From Macrostomum lignano (Eukaryota), in the NCBI GenBank assembly GCA_002269645.1, contig NIVC01001022.1, positions 186,001 through 250,000 on the forward strand: DNA of 64,000 nt. Direction: 5' to 3'. The notes below the pieces were generated by a model that saw only the letters and a list, made by a program, of their open reading frames with translations, made no database searches and was not told where the DNA came from. Position numbers and translations under genes: made by a program. Positions 39,973-51,700 of the stretch are shown here, one piece after another (within the stretch, counting starts at the first letter, position 1; every line of letters starts with the position of its first letter).

Positions 39973-40128
39973 GTCTCAATTTCTCTTGTAGAAGCTATTC
40001 TTGGGCAGACAAATTTAAACACAAATATTTCCAAATTGCTTTCTGTTTTCTGCTAAGTCTTGTAGTAGCTGGCAACATGAAAAATTTACTATCAATTGGC
40101 TAAACAATGTGTTTGACAACAATTTCAG

Positions 40129-40200
40129 GGCAAGGGTCTCCAGAAAACGTACTGGTTACACGGAGAAAATGACAATATTGTTGATCCGCCAACAAACTAG
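40129..40200 (+). CDS. NPR1-like: Receptor guanylyl cyclase terminal exon GKGLQKTYWLHGENDNIVDPPTN*
   Basis: TTTCAG|GGC acceptor (phase 0), canonical GKG..TYWL cyclase C-terminus, TAG at 40198-40200. AATAAA at 40423 is a candidate polyA signal. Confidence 0.92.
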   Translation, partial: GKGLQKTYWLHGENDNIVDPPTN

Positions 40201-41355
40201 CTATAGGTAATATTAGAAGCGAAGCGTGAGTACAACCTGGACCAGATCGAAACCGCATTGCTTTTGATATTTACGATACTTTTGATTGTGAGTTCGCTCG
40301 TGTGTGTAAAAAAATTAATTTGATTGTTTCCCTTAGTAGATGCATAAATATATTTTTAGTAGTAGAAATATACTTGTGTAATGTCTAAAAGTTGTGATTT
40401 TTGTCTTGCGTTTCGATCCATTAATAAAAAAAAGTTGTTAACTTGTTGTGATACTAACTACGAGTTTATTGCTAAAACAATTTTTTTTTTCATTTGGAGG
40501 CATTTCTTGCAGATCTGCAATGCTTAACAACTGTTTTCTTCTACGCTTGAATTCAACTACAGCTGCAAGAGTGACCTGAAAGTTCTGTAAATTTTTCTAA
40601 TGAGGTCTTGGCCTCACATCAAATAAAAAATTACATATTTAGACAGCTTTTCTCAATCAATGTTTTACTTATAGTTATAGATCGGCCAGGTTCTATTTTT
40701 TGTTCAAAACTCTTTGAAGTCTAATAGGATAAGTACAAATGACAAATAAATTTGCTAATCAGAAGATATGAGTGTCCGTTTTCTTCAAAAGCTTTTTCAA
40801 TTTCGTTTCTGTTTCTTTTACTTATAGGTATATAATGTATTCAGACTGTATTGACTAAAATATTTTTATGCAAGAGAACTGTTATTGTCCAAGAAAAACT
40901 GGGCATGATTTCGCGTCAAACTGCCTCTTTATGCGAATGCACACGTTTGACTCAGCTTGCCTCAAAGTACTAAATATATGTGAAACACTGTTTCCGGGTT
41001 TGGTAGTTATAATCAACAAATATACATGTACTAGAAACGACGGATCTAAGAATTGAATATGTTTTCGTGTACAACAATGCTTGTAATAAATAAAATTAAT
41101 CGTTTATCAAAGCAAACATAGCTGAAACTTTTTTTGTGAAATAAATTCAATTTGCCTTTTCATTTTTCAGTTTTAAATACGTGTATATAAGCCTGCTCTG
41201 CTTTAAAGCGTATCGTTTCAATGATTTTTTTGGGAATTCTTTAGCTCTGATAAAATTCATAAGTGAAACGCATTAGCAGTAGTCAAAATTGAGCTAGCGA
41301 GGCTGTGCATTTGCAGTCTTGCTCATCTCAACCACCGTAATCTCCGTAAACCGTA

Positions 41356-43476
41356 ATGGCTGCTGAAGCAAGCCAGGTGAATCCGTCGTATGTGGATCCA
41401 CGCGTAAACGTTGGTACGTTGTATATTTTGACATAAATATTAAAACTTTAACTTAGCAGTGTGGCAAAGTGCCACTGAGCTAGACGAGATTAATCTACAT
41501 GGGAAGCTTGCGCGAGAGCATGTTTTATTTAGGCAATTTGTTTTTTGCTTAAATTTTATTTACTGTACTTTTCGTTCGTCCTCGCGATTACGATGTTCAT
41601 CTGGCTTATATAATAATTATATACGCTTGTATACGCGTGCACTGACAAGCAGTCGCTTAAGTAATTCGAGATGTTCTAACTTAACTGAACTAGCAGAGTT
41701 CGTGTGAGTTCTCTCAAGCAACTTTAGCTACGTGTATGTATTACTAAAGATATACAATAGTGGACGGAATTTTGTACATCAGTTAAAGCTAGATGTTCAT
41801 AAATTTTCATTGCTCAGTTTTTGTAATTACATGTAATAAATGTTACATTTTACAACCATGTTCTGTTCGCGAATGCATCGATCTGCGCCTATTTTTTAGT
41901 TCCATACGTCCAGGGACAAACAAATGTTCAGTCGCCATGCATCGTGAGTTGGATAGTTTCCATGCGTCGCTAAACAGTCACAAGTCGCAGTTGAACGATG
42001 CCCTCCCAGCTGGCTGCAAAATCAGTCGGATCGAGCTGAGCCAGTTCGGAAAATTTGAATCGGATTTACATGGCACTGAGACAAGCAAGTTTCTTTGCAA
42101 GTTGCAAGGATTTTCTTGCGTTGCCATTCGAATTCAGGCTAACTCCGCTCGAGTTTTAGACGAACTGATAGATTCGGCTTCGAAAAAATCCGGGGAATTT
42201 TTACGCCGTTATCGCTAAATTCCGACCAAACAATCAGATACAGTTTGAAGTAGCTTTCGAAAGAAAACAATTTTTAGAAGCCCAACAACTGAATTTGCAA
42301 AATACTCCGTAAGTTGATGAATTGCGCAAACAATACTTGCCTGCATACTTTCTGTATCCACACAGTATAACTGGGTCCCGGTCGCACTGTTTAACAATTT
42401 CAGGCAAGTACAAGAAGAAGCCGTGCGACGTAACGAAGTAGAGGCTAAGAAGCCTAATGCAAAGTTGTCAAGTGCCATTTCCACCAAGAGTACGTCTGGC
42501 GAGATTGGGCCACGAGAAAAGGTTCTTATGAATTTCAGTCCGCTTGATTCTATTGTTAATGGCATTCTTAGTTGACTGGCCAACTCTAGCCATAGCGCGT
42601 ATTGTGCATGTGTAGTGTGTTAAACGGTATCTATACAGGGCTGAGCAAAGAGTTCTATAATTGGCATCTGGGGTGGAAAGAGAAATACATGAGGGTAAAA
42701 GTAAAATAAAAAACTCGTTTCCACTTCAGATGCTTATAAAACTCCTTGGGCTGAGCAAGCAGCCCAGTCAAAATGGAAGCTAAGCAAAACTCACTCGGCC
42801 CTCAAAACTCGGCATTTAAAGTTATTGTAGAATTTGCATGACTTTGCTAGTGGGGGGGCACACAAATGGAGAAACAGTTGTTCTCTAGTCCTGTTAAAAT
42901 ATCGATCAAGTTGAGTTGACAGTAACTAGCATTCGTATCTTAAGCTAAGTAGTTGATCTTAAAATAAATCAGTGACTGGAGCTAGCTGTTAATATCCTAC
43001 CCCATGAAAGCCACTCGAATTTTTGCTTAATTTTACGTGATATTAGTCAGCGTATTTGCAAATCATGTTTCCGTAAATTTAAAAAATGTATTGTATTGTT
43101 TTGTAAGCATAGCTAAAATACAGAATAATATCGTAAGTTTTTGCACTCATTATTAGAATTTATACTGAAACAGAAGTTTTGAATTCTCTTCATGAGGTAT
43201 TTTAAGCATAGGTTTTTAATTATTCAGTAATTAAGGTGCTTAACTAAATCAAGGTTTAGTCGAAAAAACTTACACTTTTGTGTCTTATGTAAAAGAGAAT
43301 TCATACCTGTATAAGAGAATTGTCAAAAAACTTTTACACAATCTACTTACATGTGCTCCCTCAGATGCCAAATAATCATATCATTTTAGGCTGCGGTATC
43401 TTCAACTGCGCAGAAGAAACCTTGTCTCTCCCAAGCTGAGTATCTGAAATTGTCGGATGAAGATAAAACTGAATTT
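41356..43476 (+). CDS. Putative small 5' exons of the RNF213-like gene (41356-41413, 41900-41943, 42238-42308, 42404-42521, 43390-43476)
   Basis: Chain of five open exons with GT-AG sites whose phases (1,0,2,0,0) connect in frame to the acceptor at 46057. No homology recognised; the first three exons are the least certain. Confidence 0.45.
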
Positions 43477-44164
43477 GTAAGCACCATAAATACTATATTC
43501 CTTTTTTTCTGATTTACTTTAAATATCTACTGTAACACAGAGCATATTCTTTGGGAGAAGTATAGAATCACACAAGGGGGAATAGTGGTAGCCAAATACG
43601 GCCACCATCTGGGGCTCTTGCAAGGTATTAGCGGTGAGGTCCAACCCCAAGGCACAGAGAGTGCACATGCCTGAGAATTAGAATTTCAGGGCCACTGTCA
43701 CCCTGTGTGAGCAGAATTCCACTTTCTAATTTTTGCGGTGCTTTCTTGATCTGGGACAATGGTATGGTAGATTGTATAATGGCCAAAACACGAGTGCTTC
43801 TGGCCATTCAACGATGCTGCATACTATGCAAGTGTATTGCATAGATATTTTTCCCAAACACAAGTCTACGAGTATTTAACACTTTTGCGGCCAATTGAGC
43901 ACACTTAAACTAGCAATCTAGTGCGGCCCCCCTTCGGGGCGCCCAATAAGCACGGAGTAAAAATAGTTCATGGAAAACAATTAAAAAAACACATTTTCTT
44001 AAACACCAATTCCTTCTTCACTTTTAAAAATCACCTTATTCATGTAAAATTGTCACTGACAATGATATTTGCTATGAATCTGTTTTTTCCAAAATTAGCA
44101 AACAGACAACAAAATATAGCTTTCACAAAGATAATAGACTTTACCCCTAAATAGAAAATATTCC

Positions 44165-44455
44165 CAAGACAGCAAGCATCCCCCAGATAGCAAGCACCCC
44201 CTCCAAAAAAAGCAACCGCAGATAGCAAGCATCCCCTAATACTCGTAGCACGCATCCACCTAGATAGCAGGCATGCTGCAGATAGCAAGCATCCCCCAGA
44301 TAGAAAGCATCCGGCAGATAGCAAGAATCCCTAAATAGCAAGCATCCCTGGTTAGAAAGAATCTCATACATGTAGCCAGTAGCCCCCTCTTCTAAATAGC
44401 AAAAACCCCCCTCGAGAGCAAGCATCCCCCAGATAGCAAGCATCCACCAGACAGC
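44165..44455. repeat. Degenerate ~18-bp tandem repeat (GATAGCAAGCATCCCCCA)
   Basis: Read directly; ~10 diverged copies. Confidence 0.8.
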
Positions 44456-44841
44456 ATGTAGCTATAGTGCTCCGCTAATGCAATAATCGCTTTCTCAGGT
44501 TGTGCAACAATGCACGTCTCAGCTAGCGCAATAATTTCTTTTTTAGACAGCGCAATAACCAGCTTCTCAGCTAGTGAAGTAATCATTTTCTCATCTAGTG
44601 CAATAATCCTTTACTCATCAAATCCAAAAATTGATGTCTCAGTTAGTGCCAATAGCCCTTTCTAATCTAGTGCAATAATCCTTGGCTATATCTAGTGCAA
44701 TAATCTAGATAAGATAATAAGGCGAGTCTATAACTTAGTCATAAAATTTTAATTATTTTAATAGAATCGTAGCAGTATGGCTGCTCTTATCAATTGGAAA
44801 AAATCTGCCGGTGGAGCCGCTGAATGTTGTAATATAGTAGA

Positions 44842-44978
44842 TTGTGTATATGGTTTTGGAGGTAGACAATGATTAATTTTTCACGAGTGGCGAAGTTAAC
44901 TGAAGTTGGTAATTTGGGAAGTGGGGAAGCCACTCGTGAAAAATTAACCATTGTCTACCTTCAAAACCAAATGCACAA
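44842..44978. repeat. Inverted repeat: 50-bp arms, 4 mismatches, 37-nt spacer
   Basis: 44842-44891 aligns to the reverse complement of 44929-44978 (hand alignment). Confidence 0.9.
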
Positions 44979-46056
44979 GCACATTGTCTCATGAATGTAT
45001 ACTCAGAAATATTGAAAAGTCGCCACTCTATGCCCCAGTGAGCAATTTCTCTTGGACTTTTCTGAAATAAAACACGAAAAAATTGATCGGGGTAGCTTTA
45101 ATCTGTCCAACCCTCGCACGCCGCTCCCCCCACTTCATTCCTCAACTCAAGTTTGCTGCGGCGTAGCTGAGTTGCGTCACTCGCAAAGATTGAGAAACTT
45201 TACGTGCACTCTCAAAAGTGGCGACTACAGACGGAATTTTCTGTGATGGCGACTTTTCGATGTTGCTGGGTATATTTTCAGTCCCCTTGAATAATGATTT
45301 TGAAACGTTGAATAATGAGCGCTATGCATGGGGCAATGGCCGTTTTGACTTGTCATTGTGTCTGGGCAAGAGTTCTTTACAATGTCTCCAAAGCTTTGCG
45401 CCTTCCTGCAATTTTCTTTATTATTTCTATAATAAAATCTCTCGTCTACTTTCTTGGATAGAAATACAAAATGTTTGTCATGGTAAATAAAACAGTGGCA
45501 CAGACGGGGGTGGGATGACAAGCTAGAATCACAACACTCAGTTTCATTTTCATCACAATATAAAATACAATCAGGTGCCGCGGAATATTTTTTGCAAGGG
45601 GGCAAGAGTACCACCGGGTCTTAGTCACTGAACACAACATTTAGCACAGAAGGCAAGAATTCAGATTTTTTAGGTCTGCAGTTAGTCGAAAGTTGGCCAA
45701 AATTTTGGCCTGGGGGGAGGTCATATGACCCCAAATACGCCTCCTTGGCTACACTACTGGACTAAATTAATTCTGCAGTAATAACTTCTGAACATTTTTC
45801 TGCAAATTTGAAATAATTAACAAAGCGTACTTATATACATGTAAAAAACCTCCTAGCCTACATCGCAAGAGCGATGCAACTTAACTGACGTATTTCTGGA
45901 GCAAGGTATCCCTGAATGTTTTGTAAAATGATTGTAAACTGCAACACTGTTCTGAAAGCCAGACAAAATCCTATACCTATTGTCCCTGCCGAAATTAAAT
46001 TTAGATAAAATTCTTATGAAAATTAGTTCAATCTGAATCGTTTTGTTCCTTTACAG

Positions 46057-48089
46057 ATGGTCTTCGAGTTTCGGCTCTTTATCGCAGACATCGTGACGTC
46101 TTTTGTGGAAAATTTGAAGTCCGCAGTCAAACCGGAACACACTGCTGACTTTACGAAGGCAGTTAAAGAATGTGTGTATTCTGTTCGGGAAATCAATGTG
46201 TCTTTAGTTTTATTCGACAAAGAAGCAAATAAAAATGCAATGACCGTAAAGAAAAAGGTATCCGGCGCAGAGCTGTATACCCTGCCTACTTGGAAAGTTT
46301 TCATCTTGAGCTCTATGGTGGGATCGGTTACATATTTCTACCGTGTGAACTGCTCTGAAAGATTGGACATTGCTCAATATCCAACGGTGATTGCGTTGAC
46401 AAAACAGTACGGTCATTCAGTGTCGGACAAGATCTCGCGTTGCTTTACATGCATCGACACCGTGATAGCGGCTATCAACAGATGCGCTCAAAAAAAGAAC
46501 ACAAACCGGGAAATTATCGAAGAAACACATCGACATCTAGAAATGGATTGTAAAGTATATTTTGACGCATTTTTTGAAACTGATATTTTCAAAACAGTGG
46601 AAAAGGCAACGCGCTTTTGGAAAATATTCGCTTTCCATACAGTTGCCTTAGCGAACAGCCGGAGCTCCTCTTCCTTAATCGTCGGAACTGTAGCGTCCGA
46701 CATTGTCGACCAGCTCTGCACAAACATGCTGCAAAAATGGCTGATTGAAGTCTCCAAAGAAGAGAAAGTAAAACGGAAGTTGGTTACTTTCGCTAAAGAG
46801 TTCGCAGAAACTGCTTATTGTTTGCTCGTGCCTCCTTACGATATGCAAAGTAGCCTAACGCACTACGGAGAACTTTTCCTTTGCAGAGTAGCATTGACAA
46901 TACAGGAAAAATTTGATCCTGGCAACAAAAACTTCTGGAAGCCGCTCGTAGCGGAGCTCTTTATGAAATTTTTAAATTCTCAGAGTAAACTTTCAAAAGA
47001 CAGAAAATGTTTTCAATTTCTCGACAGGATACCTGGTTCGTTTCTATGTCTTTGCTTCGGTGCAAAATGGCTCGGTAAAGGAAGTCGACATAAAAAGTTC
47101 GTTCAAATAATTACCAGTTGTGGTATTTTCGAAAAAGGCAGATTGACCAAGTCTGAGTTCGTAAAGGCAATAATTCAAATTGAGCTACACAAATCATTAG
47201 ACGCTGAAAGTCTCCTTGCGACTGCGAGTGTCGGATTTAACGATGATGGTGAAAACAGTGAATTAAAAGATTTACTAAAAGCAGTTCAAGAGCACAGAGG
47301 TACCGAAGAATGCACCAGCGCACTGCAATCCGAGCCACTTTGCGACACTAGCTTCGCAATCTGGGCCAAAAATTTCCTCTCAATCTCAATTCTCACCTCT
47401 CAGATGGAAAGTCTGCAGCGAGGTGAAAACAAGCCGTTAAATGAAGTGTACGAGTTGGCGAAGAAGTTAAAAGATCAATCAATCTTGGGAGAAGATGAGA
47501 TTTCTGCAATCAGGAGAGCCGTACTTCAATCCATCTCCGACAATGCAAGCAAAAATTTGCAATCACGTTCGAAAAAAGCGAGCCTGGCTGGTATTCTCAA
47601 TTTGGAAGGATATCTGGATCCAGAGTACGCTACGGAACTTTTGTTCACAGCGCTTGATTCTGATAAAAACTGGGCACAAGAGGTGCTTTGCGGAGAGCCT
47701 TTCTTTGCCACGATTCTCCCTCAAATGAGACTTGTTTCCACCGACAATGAGGCTAAAATCCGAGAGATTTTCGACAAAATAATCACACGCTATGCCAAGG
47801 TCAATGGCGAAACTTTGTGTAAATTTGCAGAAAAAACTTTGGAAGCCTGTCGTTCAACTGATTGGTTTCTTCAAGTGGCACTTGAGTCTACTCAAGCGAT
47901 GCTGACAAAATCGGTCATATCAGTTGAATTCATACGTTTTAACGTTGCCGACGTAACTACTTCTGAAGTAGCAGACATGTTTTTTGAGTCTCTAGAGCAG
48001 CGACTTTCGAATGACAGTGACAAAGCTAAGATTTTGCGCTTCTTCAAAAGCGACGAGGTTCGAGAATTAATTGAAAAATTTCAGTCAAG
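46057..48089 (+). CDS. RNF213: RNF213-like protein, large helical N-terminal exon
   Basis: 678-codon ORF preceded by acceptor TTCCTTTACAG| and ending AG|GTGAGT (phase 2), compatible with the acceptor at 48706. Assignment rests on linkage to the downstream exon. Confidence 0.75.
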
Positions 48090-48705
48090 GTGAGTTTTAT
48101 CTATTGTGCTATACGTTATGTGTGATATGTGTTATATCTAATGTGTAGGTATTTATCTATAGTAAACTGTAAATGCATTCATGTTAAATACAATGCGTAT
48201 TGTGTTCAATTAAGCAGTGGGCAGAATACATCGGTTCATAGTCGTGTCGCAGAATGCAGTAGTACATTTTATTGAAGACCCTCTGGGTGATGCACACAAT
48301 GCACCCTTATATGTCGCTTGCCTTTGAAGTTTTTAAGTAAAAGGATTGTTTCAATTTTCACTTTCGATCTTTCCACAACCGCTAAGCATTTTGACCAATT
48401 AGTATCTCATAGCTTTACTCAAAAGGTCACCTCAGGTTTTTGCTACGTACATGTACAAGGTTATTGTGAAATTTTTACCAGATGAGTGATATAATTTTAG
48501 CATCCCAGTGTAGTTATGATATGATAATTTATATAACCACACTAAATAAAAAGCTACGTGTAAGTGCGTTGTACATTGTACCATGTATCGATATGAATCA
48601 AATGTAGTTTCCGACCATTAAACATTAATTTTGTATACTTTTTGCGTTTGGTCTCTATGAATAATACGAACTACATGTACTCCTTCAACGCATTCATAAT
48701 TTTAG

Positions 48706-51700
48706 GCCATTCTTCAAAATACTGTTCAAAGCTCTCGAGAGTTTAATGCTGGACGTGAAAAAAGACCAACAGTCTCCGTGTAGCATGCTAAGCGAAATGC
48801 TACAAATGAAGCATGTCTGGGGCTGGCTTCTCAATAAAAATTGTCCTGAAGACTTCAAATCCAGCGCCCGAGACAATTCTAAAGCTACGATCGAAGGAAT
48901 TGTGGACTTGAATAACCGCATTCGTGACCAAAATTTCAGTTTGAAAGAATTTCATGAACTGGAATGCGTTTTTGATCGCTTGGAAGGCGATGCATATGGC
49001 TTGCTTGATGACCTAATATGTGCTTTTGGTCGGAATGTTGATGTCAAGACAGCCGACTCAATCAAGAGAGCTAGAGGGACTGTAGATTCTTGGAATGCAA
49101 ATCTAAACGAAGTGGAAATTTTGCTTCACTTCTTGTCCCAAATATCCGAGTCGAACAGTGGCCTGAACATCACGGTTATCGATGTCGAGCCCAGGAAAAG
49201 AAAGTTTGAAGAACTAAGAGACAATTGTGACGATAAACTATGTGCAATGGAAAAAGAAGCTCCTTTTACAAGGGTATTTTGTGTGAGATCAATAGAAAAT
49301 ATGGTGCGCGCAAAGACGCTTATACAGTCGTGTATTTTTAGAAGCACATTTCTAGAAGCCAATGCAGGCCTAAGCAGCGCAAAAGAAGCGCCACTCAAGC
49401 ACATGTCTCTTAGCTGCACTGAAATTTTGGAGAAGCACTTGCCGCAGGCTGTGAAATCTTACGCAAAATTTTGGACATTGCTTTATCACCGTAATTCAAA
49501 GGTCGAGCAAATTGAAAGACACATTCAAGAGGGTGAAATTGACTTTGAATTAGAAATTCAAACTGCCGAGAAATTTTTAAGTACCAACAGTGGCCCACCA
49601 TTGCGAAGCAAACTCGAGATACTTAGAAGTGTTAAAGAGAGATCTGGCTGGACAAGATGCCTTGAGACTCTGCACTTTTTTGCCCACAAATTTCTCGAGA
49701 AAGACACCAGTACAAAACTGAATAAACGAACCGACGGCTGCGAGTTCTGCCGGACTGTGAGCAGACCGCAGAGGGACAAGGAAAGCAACGCAATGGTAAT
49801 TTTTTTGCAACAGAAAGATCCCACACTTGGAGATTACATCGAACTGTTCTACAACGACCTTGCAACAATTAGAAATATCAATCCAAACATTTGGCGTATT
49901 CTGGAAAAATTGAAAGACTGCAAGGATGTTGTTCAATTTCTATATGAACAGAAAAATTCTGATCTACAGCAGCTGCTAGACAACACAGATGACAGTGCAA
50001 CTAATGACATGAGCCCGTCTGTAATAAATTCGCTTATTTCGCTACAGAACGCATTGAAACACTTTCTGCTGAATCTAACAAATCTCCCTTGTGCCGCACG
50101 CAGTTTACTGGAGTCTTTGGAGCAGTCAATCACCTATCATAGCTCATCATCAGAAGAGCCGCGACTTGACTCGTGCGCTAAGACTCTCATCGATCGCATT
50201 GATGAGTGTCAAAGCAACATAAATTCAATTAAAAAGCTGCACGCAAGTCTTGGATCTCGAGGAACTACGTCTAAAAAGCTTGCAAAAGAATTTGCGGAGC
50301 AGGTTGACACCGCCGAATTTGGAATTGAAATTGACGATTGTGGTAATGTGAAATGCTGGTTCGTACACTCTGACAACATGGACCTCACTCTAACTGAATT
50401 GATCGAGCATCGGTCAAGAATACTTTTGTCGAAAAATACTCATCAAAATTCAGGTAATTCCAACCTAGAAAATGATGCTCTGCAAAGCTTTGTAACTCTA
50501 ATTGACTTGCTGGAGTCTGCCTTAGAAACTCTGCAAAGACTCGTACAATCGGGTCATCCGCTATTCGAAGAAGTCACGATCCGTAAAAAAACTAGCCAGC
50601 TAGCTGAATACGGTACTTTGCTAAACTCAACGGAAAGCTCTTGGGAGACCTTGCTTTCATCGCTGAGGGATGAACATCCAATTGCAAACTATGTTCTTGG
50701 TCCTAGCCTTGTGCAGTTGCTTCTGTATTTCTTCAGTCATCACGATATCCAGAGAGTGAAAAGCATTCTTTACTACATGAGAATTGATAAAAATTCCATT
50801 CAATCAATCAGCTTAGGAAAGAATACGGAATACGACAGACTACGTGGCCTAGGTTCTCTAGACGACCAGAACGCATGTCTAACTGGAATGCTGAAACAAA
50901 TGTTTTTAAAACTTGAGAAGATGAAAAAGATAAAACCGCGAAATTTAGAGCATCTCAGTAATTTAGGAAATAAAGATATGTGCATTCCAGCTGGGAAACT
51001 TGTGATCTACAAAATGCAACCCTCAGATAAGGATTTGCTCAGCACATTTCTACATGTTTGCATTAGTAGCCAAAAAGAAGCGCCTTGGATCAGCGAAATT
51101 GTCTTCTGCTCTCAGCAAACAACTTCTGAGGAAGTTGTCCTTGCCGTCAAGAGGGCTCCCGAAATTCCAGAGAGGGCCATTTTCATTCTGGACGCGCAGA
51201 ACCTAAAACAGAATGTGCTGTACGCCCTTGTTTCTGAACTCAGTGAACAGACATTTTGCAAAAACAAAGGACGCATATCCATTTTTTGCCGCGCGGCAGA
51301 TTCGCATCTTCTGTTTACTGCTTTTGGCAACTGTGTCGTTAAGCCTATAGCGCCTGCTAATGAAAAACTTAACCGATTGGTTAAAGAATGCTTCAATGAC
51401 GTCTTCTTCTGCTCATCTGATCGACCATCTGTTGGAAAGTCGGAAAAAATCGTGGCGCATTTGTTTAGAAGCCAAGACCGACAAGTTCAAATCCATGTTA
51501 GCGGATCCATCGACAAGGATGCACTGATCAAGAAACTTATCTCGATCGGGGCTATGGACAGCAGTGTAATCCACTTTGATATTGGAGTTATACAGAATCC
51601 AGAGTACTTAGAAGCTATTCTTTTTGAAATGTCCCTTTGCAACGCTATTTCTACGCCGCAATGCGTTGTTGCTTTTAGGCCGCGCAAAATTTATCTGGAA

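Noticed and set aside
41793-42218. 141-aa ORF as an RNF213 exon with a homopolymer frameshift at ~42185
   Set aside because: A chain of small GT-AG exons explains the region in frame without a frameshift; no homology supports the ORF.
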